From the NCBI GenBank assembly GCA_963847445.1, contig CAWJZV010000041.1, forward strand, positions 78,848-142,847: a stretch of DNA of 64,000 bases, read 5' to 3'. A model generated the notes under the pieces. That model did no database searches and had not been told where the DNA came from. It saw only the letters and a program-made list of their open reading frames with translations. Below, piece after piece: positions 19,855 to 28,781 of the stretch (position 1 is the stretch's first letter; the number at the start of each line of letters is the position of its first letter). This DNA is from an uncultured delta proteobacterium. Its GTDB lineage: Bacteria > Desulfobacterota > Binatia > UBA9968. Made by a program: the position numbers and the translations under genes.

Positions 19855-20604
19855 TTAATCTATATCCGCCTGCACGGTCACTTCTCCGGCTTTCTCTTCG
19901 GCCATGCCGAGGACGAAGCGGGCGGTTTCTTCGAGGAAGAACAGATAGTCGCGCTTGGTTTCCGTGCACAGGCGTTTGGCCAATTCGCTGTCGACCGCCT
20001 TGTGAACGTACCGCTCGACCTGGTGTTGGCCCATCAGCACATGGCTGCGGGTCTCGGCCAGTTGACTGTGAAATACCGCGCGCATGGATTGATCCGGCAA
20101 CGACTCGGCGAATCTCTCGGTCCAGGCGAGCTCGATGACCTTCGGGCCGAGATTGAGCGCGGCGATGCGGATGTTGTGCGGATAGTTGGCCAGCGCGCGC
20201 AGGCAAAATATATAGGCGCCAGTGCGGGTGGCGGTGCCGAACTGGCCGTAGGGATGGGCGAACAGCGCGCGCTGGGTCGGCACGAAACGGCGGCGGAGAA
20301 TCTCGTCGCAGTACTGCATTTCCTGCGACGACTCGTCGTAGGTCTGCTTGCCGAAGAGATAGGCGACAGCCGGCGGATACTCGTTTAGATTTATTCCTTG
20401 CGCCCAGCCGCCGTAGACATAGTAGAGCATGCGTTTGAGCGTCCACAGCCGGGCGAGCAGGCGAAAGCAGTGGTCGTTGGTGAACTTACCCGCGCGCGCG
20501 GCGTCGACCACGGCGTCCATCGGCGTGATGGCGGCGTCCTGCTCGCTTTGTTTGAGCAGCTGCAAGGCGAGGGCCGCGCCGGGTTTGTCGGAAGTAGATG
20601 ACAT
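19855..20604 (-). CDS. Ferritin-like paralog lacking most iron ligands (putative structural beta subunit)
   Basis: KQTYDESSQ aligns to RQIWDEVKH and FHSQLAETRSH aligns to LHSQSAEELMH of the 18548-19289 protein. Confidence 0.65.
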   Translation of the reverse strand: MSSTSDKPGAALALQLLKQSEQDAAITPMDAVVDAARAGKFTNDHCFRLLARLWTLKRMLYYVYGGWAQGINLNEYPPAVAYLFGKQTYDESSQEMQYCDEILRRRFVPTQRALFAHPYGQFGTATRTGAYIFCLRALANYPHNIRIAALNLGPKVIELAWTERFAESLPDQSMRAVFHSQLAETRSHVLMGQHQVERYVHKAVDSELAKRLCTETKRDYLFFLEETARFVLGMAEEKAGEVTVQADID

Positions 20605-20679
20605 CGCGTTTGATCAACTTGTCTTTTGGTCAATCAAGGATTAACCGTCATCCAGTGGGTGGTTAGGACAGGGCGAGAG

Positions 20680-21796
20680 TTAGCTCGCTGCCAACAAGCG
20701 CTCGTGCCCCTTCTTTGAGATCGCCGCCAATTGATCGGTGATCAGCGTCCAACTTTCGCCGTTGTCTTCGCTGCAGTAAACCTCGCCGCCAGTTGTCCCG
20801 CCGAAGATCGCGCAGTTGCCGTTGGCTTCTTCGAGACAGAGCGCGCCGAACTCATGCTTCAAGCTTGCCGGCAGTCCGCCGGCGAGGCGCTGCCAATTTT
20901 TGCCGCCGTCCTTGCTGCGATAGATTTTTCCTTCGGCACGGGCAGCCGGTCCGGCTTTGCGCCAGGTCACCGGATTATGCTCGGCGGCGGCGACGAACAT
21001 GGTGTCGGGATTTTTTGGATTCCACACGAAACCGTCGGGATAGACATCTTTCGCCCAATCCGTCCGCCGTCCAGCGTTCCCAGCTGCCGCCGCCGGTGTG
21101 GGTGACGTAAAGTCCGGCGCCGCCGGTGACGTAGATTCTCTGCGGATCGCGCGGGTCGATCAGACAACGGTGCACGTCGTAGAAGTGTTCCACCGGGCGG
21201 TTCTTGTCTTTGTACAGGCCCACGGTGTTGAGCTCGCGCCAGCTCTTGCCGAGGTCGGTGCTTTTGAGAAACGCGCCTTGCTCGACGCAGGCGTAGAGCG
21301 TGTGCGCATCGCGGGGATCGAAGGTAATGAATTTCGTATGGGCGATATGCGGCGGCGCCGGGAAGGACCATTGGCCGGTGGTCGGCACTTCGCGCAGCGA
21401 GGGAATTTCGCTCCAATGCATGCCCAAGTCTTCGCTGACGAACAAATGCGCCGGTTGGGTGCCGGCGTAGACGCGGACTTTGCCGTCGACGACGTGGGCG
21501 GCCAGGCTGTAGACGTCGTGGATCGTCATGCCGTTATCGCGGCGCTCCCAGGTTTTGCCGCCGTCGGCGCTGGCGTGAATCGAGCCGAAGAACGCGCCGG
21601 CGAACATGGTGCCGGTGGTCTGCTCGAAGATGATCGCGCTGATATGCTGACCGCGCAGGGCGCGCTGGGTTTCGCGCCAGCCATCGTTGCCGCGCTCGAA
21701 TAGCACAAGCCCATCCTGGGTGGCGACCCAAAGCTGCTTGGAGCGCTCGCCCGCCGAATAAACATTGGTCCCGCCGTGAGAGAGTCCGATTGCCAT
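20680..21796 (-). CDS. BNR/Asp-box beta-propeller protein, cytoplasmic (frameshift near 21060)
   Basis: SADGGKTW, SEDLGMHW, STDLGKSW, SKDGGKNW, SEDNGESW; motifs WSFPAPPHIAH and YDVH. Confidence 0.82.
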
Positions 21797-21962
21797 AGGT
21801 CACCTCCGCTATGCTTGCTTTGATTTGCCAACCTTGCGATAGGCGCACTCTAGCAACCGAGGTTCTTCGCCGTCAATGGTTCGCCGCGAGATTAAGTTTG
21901 GCGCCATTGACGGCGCGGCGCCGCTTCGGTTAGTTTCCGGCCATGGGCTTTGAGGGTTGCCA

Positions 21963-22967
21963 ATGAGAATCGCTAGACTGTATTTGCTGCTGCTGGCACT
22001 GGTTGGGAGTTTGTTGGCGCTTGAGAGCCACGCGCAGATCAGCAAAACCACGACCTCCTATGTTTCCGATTCGGCCGGTGTCCTGCCGCTCTGGCTCGCC
22101 AAGGAAGCCGGTATCTTCGCGCGCAACGGCTTGGATGTGCAGGCGGTGCGCGTGCACGCCTCGGTCGGAGTCATGGCGCTGATGTCCGGCGAGCTGCAAT
22201 TCGTTCTGATATCCGGACCGGTGGCGGTCGAAAGCGCCCTGCGCGGCTCCAATATGGTCTACGTCGCCGGCGGCATGTCGACGCTGGACTTTGTCCTCGT
22301 CACCCGGCCGGAAATCAAAACTGCCGAGCAACTCAAAGGCGGCATCGTCGGCCTGTCGGCGATCCGCGGCGCCAATCCGACCGCCACCCGATTCGCGCTG
22401 CAAAAGCTTGGCCTGGCGCCCAAGGACGTATCGCTCCAGGTGGTCGGCGGTATCAGCGAGCGAATCGCCAGCCTGCGCCTGGGAAAAATCCACGGCACAC
22501 TGTTCAGTCCGCCGCAAAGCATCACGGCGCAGCGCGAAGGCTTCAATGCCCTGGCGGATGTCGCCGAACTCGGCTTGCCGTTCGTGCATATCGGCGTGGC
22601 GACCACCCGCGCCGTCATCCGGGATAAACCGGACATCGTGCGCCGCTACGTCAAATCCCATGTCGAGGCGGTCGCGCTGATGAAAACCGATCGCGAATTG
22701 TCGATCAAGGTGCTGGCGAAATATCTTGGGCAAATAAAAGAGCGCGATGTGCTGGCGCAATCTTATGACACCGCCGCGCCGGACAACCGGATCTCGCGCA
22801 AACAGTATCCGTCCGTCGCCGGTCTGCAAATGGCCCTCGATCTATTGGCGGACGATAATCCGAAGGCGAAGGTTGCCAAACCGGAGGACTTCATCGATAA
22901 CCGTTTTATCAAAGAGCTCGACGACAGCGGCTATATCGACAGTCTGTATAAGCTCAAGCCGCGCTGA
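21963..22967 (+). CDS. ABC substrate-binding protein, NMT1/SsuA-like
   Basis: Signal peptide; GIFARNGLDV, LDDSGYIDSLY C-terminus. Confidence 0.88.
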   Translation: MRIARLYLLLLALVGSLLALESHAQISKTTTSYVSDSAGVLPLWLAKEAGIFARNGLDVQAVRVHASVGVMALMSGELQFVLISGPVAVESALRGSNMVYVAGGMSTLDFVLVTRPEIKTAEQLKGGIVGLSAIRGANPTATRFALQKLGLAPKDVSLQVVGGISERIASLRLGKIHGTLFSPPQSITAQREGFNALADVAELGLPFVHIGVATTRAVIRDKPDIVRRYVKSHVEAVALMKTDRELSIKVLAKYLGQIKERDVLAQSYDTAAPDNRISRKQYPSVAGLQMALDLLADDNPKAKVAKPEDFIDNRFIKELDDSGYIDSLYKLKPR

Positions 22968-23056
22968 GAGAACTAAAAATTCGCGATGGCGTGGTGCGGT
23001 AGTTAACTTGACTGAAATGGTTCATTTCTCTAGGCTCCGTGGCGGGGGACAAACAA

Positions 23057-24013
23057 ATGTTTGAGCGCCGATCTTGGCTTTGCCTAACAGTGCTATTGCT
23101 CGTTGGCAGCATCCGGCCCGCTGCCATCGATGCCCGGATGGTCGTCGGCGTGTCGACGGTGAACGTCGCCTTCTTGCCAATCTATCTGACCCAAGACAAA
23201 GGCTTCTTCAAAGACGAGGGCTTGGACGTTCTCGTCGTCATGTTCAACGCCGGCGCGACTAATCTTCAGGCGATGATCGGCGGCGACGTGCAGGTCATGG
23301 CCGGCGGCGTGCCGGAGACGGTGCTTGCCAGGGCAGGCGGCTTGGATATCAAAAATTTTTGGGCGATCTCCAATCTTATGCCGTTTCAGATCTACGGCAG
23401 CCCGAGCCTAAAATCGCTGAAGGACGGCAAGGGGAAAAAGTTTGCCATCAGCCGCTTCGGCTCGTTGTCGGAATTTCTTACCCGCTCGGCGCTGCGCCGG
23501 GCCGGAGTCGATCCCAAAGACGTTACCATGGTGCAGATCGGCGCCACGCCGGCGCGCTTTACCACGCTGGCAAGCGGCATCGTCGATGCGACGATTCTAT
23601 GGTTTCCCGTCACCGAGCGCGCCAAAGCGGTTGGCTTGAATAAGCTCTTCGATCTGAAAGAGCTCTATCCCAACTGGACCAACGTCGGCTTTGTCGCCCG
23701 CGAAAGCTGGCTCGCCAAAGAAAAAGAGCAAGCGACGAAATTTTTGCGCGCTTACCAGCGTGGGGTGAAGCACACTCGCGAGAATCGCGACGATGGCATT
23801 CGCGCCTTGAGAAAATATGTTGGACTAGACGCCGCCGAAGCCGCCGCCGGATACGACGAGTACCGCGATTCCTTTCCAATGGACGGGCGCATCCTCGACG
23901 CCGGCATTACCGCGACGGTCGAGCAGGAGATCGAGACCGGCAGGCTAAAGGGAAAAATCTCGCTGAGCGAGATGATCGACGGCAGCTTCATCAATTTGCT
24001 CGGAAAAAAGTAG
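23057..24013 (+). CDS. ABC substrate-binding protein, NMT1/SsuA-like
   Basis: KGFFKDEGLDV, ISRFGS. Confidence 0.88.
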   Translation: MFERRSWLCLTVLLLVGSIRPAAIDARMVVGVSTVNVAFLPIYLTQDKGFFKDEGLDVLVVMFNAGATNLQAMIGGDVQVMAGGVPETVLARAGGLDIKNFWAISNLMPFQIYGSPSLKSLKDGKGKKFAISRFGSLSEFLTRSALRRAGVDPKDVTMVQIGATPARFTTLASGIVDATILWFPVTERAKAVGLNKLFDLKELYPNWTNVGFVARESWLAKEKEQATKFLRAYQRGVKHTRENRDDGIRALRKYVGLDAAEAAAGYDEYRDSFPMDGRILDAGITATVEQEIETGRLKGKISLSEMIDGSFINLLGKK

Positions 24014-24046
24014 CGTATCGCTGGTTCATTCAGGGGAACCCAAAAC

Positions 24047-25009
24047 ATGTTCACCGTTTCGATTAGAATTTTCGCCGCCGTGTTGGCGTCTTGGCTCTGT
24101 GCTGGCGGGAGCGCTCAGGCCAAGCCGATCACGCTGGCGTACAATACCAATTCTCTCAACGTGATGTTGCCGCTTCTGGTTGCTCAGGAGTTAGGATTTT
24201 TTACCGCTGAAGGTTTCGAAGTCACCCCGGTTTACGTGCGCAGCGGACCGACGGCGATGGCGGCGATGGTGAGCGGGTCGGCGGATTATTCCATCGTCGG
24301 CTCGACCACGGTGGTGCAAGCGATCGCCAAAGGCATTCCAGCCGTAGTGATCGGTAATTATGTCCGCCACGTTAACTGGATGCTGATGGGCGGCACCGGT
24401 GTGACTCATCTCAATGCGATCAAGGGCCAGGTGGTCGGCGTAACTTCGGCCGGGGGCATGACGGAGTTCTTGACGGTTGAGGCGCTGGCACGCCGCGGCC
24501 TCAAGCGCGATCGCGACTATCGGATTCACTACGCGGGCAACAGTCCGGCGCGGGTGTTGGCGTTAGAGACGAAGATTATCCAAGCCGCGGCTTTTTCGCC
24601 GGGAGAACGGGTGGCGCTCGAACCGAAGGGTTACACATTGCTCATGGATATGGTCCAGGTCATACCGGAATTTCCCTTGAGCATTCTCGCCAGCAGCCGG
24701 CGCAAGTTGGACAGCAGTCCGGTTGAAGTGGAAGCGTTCCTGCGCGGGTTGCATCGGGCGATGGAAGTGATTCGCACCGACAAGGATCGCGCCGCCGCTG
24801 CGGCCTTCAAAAAGACCGCGCGCGGCGATCTCGCCAGGGAGCGCAAAGCGTTGGACTATCTGGTCAACGATTATTCCATCGTCATCAGCAAAGAAAATAT
24901 CCAGGCGCTGATCTATGCCGCCGGCGTCGAGGCCGAAGCGCGCAAACTTGGCGGCGCCGAAAAGTTTTTCGCGGCGGAGCCCCAAGCCAAAGCGGTTGGG
25001 CGGCGCTGA
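24047..25009 (+). CDS. ABC substrate-binding protein, NMT1/SsuA-like
   Basis: Signal peptide AQA; GFFTAEGFEV, AMVSGSADY. Confidence 0.86.
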   Translation: MFTVSIRIFAAVLASWLCAGGSAQAKPITLAYNTNSLNVMLPLLVAQELGFFTAEGFEVTPVYVRSGPTAMAAMVSGSADYSIVGSTTVVQAIAKGIPAVVIGNYVRHVNWMLMGGTGVTHLNAIKGQVVGVTSAGGMTEFLTVEALARRGLKRDRDYRIHYAGNSPARVLALETKIIQAAAFSPGERVALEPKGYTLLMDMVQVIPEFPLSILASSRRKLDSSPVEVEAFLRGLHRAMEVIRTDKDRAAAAAFKKTARGDLARERKALDYLVNDYSIVISKENIQALIYAAGVEAEARKLGGAEKFFAAEPQAKAVGRR

Positions 25010-25579
25010 TCGGTGCGATGCCTTTGGGAGAAGTCTCACCACGTAGATCCCAGCGCGGCAAGACCGCAACCAAGAATCCGAAGATCTCGCGCTAAGCACC
25101 CACAGGACGCACAGGTGCGGGCCAATGCCCGTCATCCCGAGCGACAGACTGGGTGAAAACCCCGTTCATGGTTCGACTGGGACTCACCACGAACGGTTGT
25201 CAGACATTACAAATCGAGTATTTAGCCGTTCGCCCGGAGAGCTGTCGAAGGACTCCTAAAGAGTTTTCACACAGTCTGGCGAATGCGAGGAATCGAAGAG
25301 AGATTTCTCCCTGCTTTGCGTCATTGCGCCCCTTCGATGAACGCAGGGCAGACGTGGCGGGATAAATTGCCGAATCCGGCTGGCTGCAATTTGCCGATCA
25401 TTTGCGCACACAGCACAAATCGAATGTGAAGGAGAGATCGCAGCGCCTGCGTGCCGATTCGACGGCCGCACTCTAACTACTTTATTTTTTGCTATTAGTA
25501 GCCAACCCGGCGACTCGGTGAAAAAGCGTTGGACTGTCGTGAAGATTTACGATATGGGACAGCGGAACTGATAATCACC

Positions 25580-26608
25580 ATGGAATATTTTCGCAACTCG
25601 TTTATCGTCACGTTCGTTGGCCTCGGTCTCGGTGCCTATCTCGGCTGGCAGGCCGAGCATACTGTAGTCGGCGCATTATCGACGTTGTTCATTGTCAGCG
25701 TGCTGGCGATTCTAGAAATCTCGCTGTCCTTCGACAACGCGGTGGTCAATGCCACGGTGCTCAAGGAAATGAGCCCGCTGTGGCGCCATCGCTTCCTTAC
25801 CTGGGGTATCGCCATCGCAGTTTTCGGCATGCGGATCGTTTTCCCGCTGGTTATCGTCGCGATCATCGCGCGCATCGACCCCTGGTCGGCGCTGGTGATG
25901 GCGGCCACCGACGCGGATGAATATTCCCGGGTGTTGACCAGCGCGCATGTCTCGGTGGCGGCCTTTGGCGGAGCGTTTCTCGCCATGGTCGGGCTCAAGC
26001 ATTTTTTCAACCAGGAGAAAGATATCCACTGGATCGCCTGTATCGAACGTCCGCTGACCCGTCTTGGCCGTATCGAGGCGGTGGGACTGGGATTGGTCTT
26101 GCTGCTTCTCTATGCGGTATCCCGCTGGCTGATCGGCGGCGAGCAGATCGAGTTTCTGATTGCCGGGATCTTCGGTCTGGTGACCTATATCGCCGTCGAT
26201 GGCGTTTCAGCCGTCCTCGACATGACGTCGGGCGCCACCGGCCAAGTGGCGCGGTCGGGTGCTGCGTCGTTTCTCTATCTCGAAGTGCTCGATGCCAGTT
26301 TTAGTTTTGACGGCGTGATCGGCGCCTTTGCGCTTTCCAATAACCTGTTCATCATCGCCATCGGTCTCGGTATCGGCGCCATGTTCGTTCGAAGTCTGAC
26401 CATCATGCTGGTGGAAAAGGAAACCCTCGCCTCGTACCGCTATCTCGAGCATGGCGCGTTCTACGCGATCATCGCGCTGGGCGTGATAATGTTCCTCAAT
26501 GCCGTCACCCATATCCCAGAAGTGGTCACCGGCCTGATCGGCTGTGGCTTTATCGTCTGGGCGTTTTGCGACTCGATCCGCTTTAACCGCCGCCAGCGCG
26601 GTGCGTGA
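25580..26608 (+). CDS. DUF475 / TerC-like integral membrane protein
   Basis: LEISLSFDNAVVNA, YLEVLDASFSFDGVIGAFA, YLEHGA. Confidence 0.9.
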   Translation: MEYFRNSFIVTFVGLGLGAYLGWQAEHTVVGALSTLFIVSVLAILEISLSFDNAVVNATVLKEMSPLWRHRFLTWGIAIAVFGMRIVFPLVIVAIIARIDPWSALVMAATDADEYSRVLTSAHVSVAAFGGAFLAMVGLKHFFNQEKDIHWIACIERPLTRLGRIEAVGLGLVLLLLYAVSRWLIGGEQIEFLIAGIFGLVTYIAVDGVSAVLDMTSGATGQVARSGAASFLYLEVLDASFSFDGVIGAFALSNNLFIIAIGLGIGAMFVRSLTIMLVEKETLASYRYLEHGAFYAIIALGVIMFLNAVTHIPEVVTGLIGCGFIVWAFCDSIRFNRRQRGA

Positions 26609-26732
26609 TTTAATCTAGTCATTACATACTTGCCGGGCGCTGAATTGGCGCGGCACCTTGCATTCCCAACATTTGCCATTATAAGACGGGAATCGATTAC
26701 AACCGATGCTATTTGATCACGAGGGTGTCGCA

Positions 26733-27527
26733 ATGATCGATCTTTCGCGTTTTTCATTGACCGGCCGGACGGCGGTTATTACCGGCGGCAGCGGCGGCAT
26801 TGGCCGGGCCTGCGCGCGTGGCCTTCGCCAAAGCGGGAGCGAACATCGTCATCGCTTCGTTGCCGCCGGAGTCGATTCCGCCGGTGATCCAGGAAGTCGA
26901 AGCGCTCGGGGTAAAGGGGCTTGGTTTGGCGGTAGATGTGTCCGATGAGCCGCAGGTGAAATCGCTGGTCGAGCAAACTTTAGCGCAGTTTGGCCGCATC
27001 GATGTTCTGGTCAATGTCGCCGGCGGTTCTTACAGCCGCAATCCCGCATATGCCGGCGTTCAAGCGCGCGCCATTGTCTCGAATTGGCACCGGAAGATTT
27101 TATGACCGCCTACGCGGTCAATACTAAGACCGCCTTTCTATGCGCCAAGGCGGTGGCGCCGGCGATGAAGGCGCGCGGCAAGGGCAGCATTGTCAATATC
27201 GGTTCGATTTCCGGCCGCGGCACCAAGAAAGAACGAGCCGACATGGCGGCCTACGGCACGGCCAAGGCGGCGGTGATGAATTTGTCGATTCACATGGCGC
27301 AGCATTGGGGGCCGGAGATCCGCGTCAACGCGATTGCTCCGGGCATCATCGACACGCCAAGACCGGCAGGGAGCACGCGCCAGGACGATTGGGCGGAGGC
27401 GCTCAAGAAAATCGCCCTCGGCCGCGCCGGCAGCGCCGACGAAGTCGCCAGCGTGGCACTGTTTTTAGCCTCGGACGCGGCGAGCTTCGTCAGCGGCGCG
27501 ATTATCGATGTCAATGGCGGGGAGTGA
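26733..27527 (+). CDS. Short-chain dehydrogenase/reductase (two indels)
   Basis: TGGSGGIG, LVNVAG, YGTAK, IRVNAIAPG across three ORF pieces. Confidence 0.88.
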
Positions 27528-27674
27528 TCGGACTAAGCAGCTTTTCATTTGGACGTCTGTCATTTCGACCGAAGGGAGAAATCTCGTCTCAGATTATGCG
27601 GCAAGATTTCTCACATTCGTTCGAAATGACAGAGTGAAGATATAGATTCCGTGAATCTTAAGTTGCCAGCGGAA

Positions 27675-28781
27675 CTAATCCAGCCAATCCTTGTCCTTCA
27701 ATTTTCTCGGCAAGTAGGTTTTCGTCAAGTACTGAAAATCTTTGTTGGCGAGCGCGTCGAGCTCGAATTTGAGGCCGCTCGTCAGCATGCCTTTGATTTC
27801 GTTCTGCCATTCTTTTTTCTGAAACCACTTGTACTTCATCAGTTCTTTGGCGCGGTTGATGTCTTTGTCGTTCAACTTGATGCCGACGTTGCGCGGCAGG
27901 CCGTAGCGCTCGGGGTCGGCGCTGGAGAAGCCGATGAACTTCGCCTTGGGGATCGCCATGCGTTCGCTTTCGAAGGCGAGATTGATCGAGCCCTGCTTGA
28001 TGACCGAGTAGATGTAGTAGCCCCAGGGATCGTTGTCGACGAGAACGTAGACCGGCAGCTTGTAGTCTTCGTGCAGCCGGCGCGCCAGCCGGCGCACGCC
28101 GCGCGGCGGCTGGCCGTTGCCGGTGAGCAGGATGCAATTGTACCGGCGCCAAAATTTATCTTCCGACAGCCGGTTCCATTGGGTGCCTTTTTCGACCAGC
28201 AGGACGAAGTCCGCGGTGCACTTGCTGATCTGAATATACTCCGGCTCGACGATGGACGGCACCGAGTAGCCGCCTTTGCCGAGCTTGGTGCAATCGACCC
28301 GGTCGCCGTCGTCGACGATGGTCAACGGCCCGACGACGGTGCCGGAGTTTTCGGCGCGGACATGCAGTTCTTCGCGCAGCGCTTCGAGGGTGACTTCGAG
28401 ATCCTCGATCAGCGGGTCGGATTCGTTCTGGCCGTCGAAGGTGTTTTCGTGGGAGTTCTTGATCGTGTGCTTGGTGCGGTAATAAATTTCCCGCAGCGAA
28501 GTGGTCAGGTTGGCGCGCTGCAGCTCGGCCAGAGCGTCGGCGACGAGCACCGTCTGCATGAATTTTTTGGCCATGCCGACGTTGAAAAAGGTGCGCGCCT
28601 GCTTGCGCCGGCCCATCTCGATGATGCCGCGCTTGGCGTTGAAGTTGACGTTGGCCAGGCTGCGCACCGGAATCGCCAGCGACGGGTCCTGGCTGCGCTG
28701 CGCCGCGGTGATCACGACATCGGCGACGCCGATGAGTTTTTTTTCGACTACGCCGTTATTTTTTGGTTTTTTTGCCGCCAT
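27675..28781 (-). CDS. top6A: DNA topoisomerase VI subunit A (Spo11-like)
   Basis: LREIYY catalytic Tyr motif; TOPRIM VEK and DNDPWG; KFELDAL. Confidence 0.95.
   Translation of the reverse strand: MAAKKPKNNGVVEKKLIGVADVVITAAQRSQDPSLAIPVRSLANVNFNAKRGIIEMGRRKQARTFFNVGMAKKFMQTVLVADALAELQRANLTTSLREIYYRTKHTIKNSHENTFDGQNESDPLIEDLEVTLEALREELHVRAENSGTVVGPLTIVDDGDRVDCTKLGKGGYSVPSIVEPEYIQISKCTADFVLLVEKGTQWNRLSEDKFWRRYNCILLTGNGQPPRGVRRLARRLHEDYKLPVYVLVDNDPWGYYIYSVIKQGSINLAFESERMAIPKAKFIGFSSADPERYGLPRNVGIKLNDKDINRAKELMKYKWFQKKEWQNEIKGMLTSGLKFELDALANKDFQYLTKTYLPRKLKDKDWLD

Noticed and set aside
25330-25579. yybP-ykoY manganese riboswitch upstream of the DUF475/TerC-like gene
   Set aside because: The GGGGAGUAGC-type consensus was not found by eye; an Infernal search would be needed to exclude it.
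26645-26663. Sigma-54 promoter TGGCGCGGCACCTTGCA upstream of the SDR
   Set aside because: The GG-to-GC spacing is 11 nt rather than the required 10.
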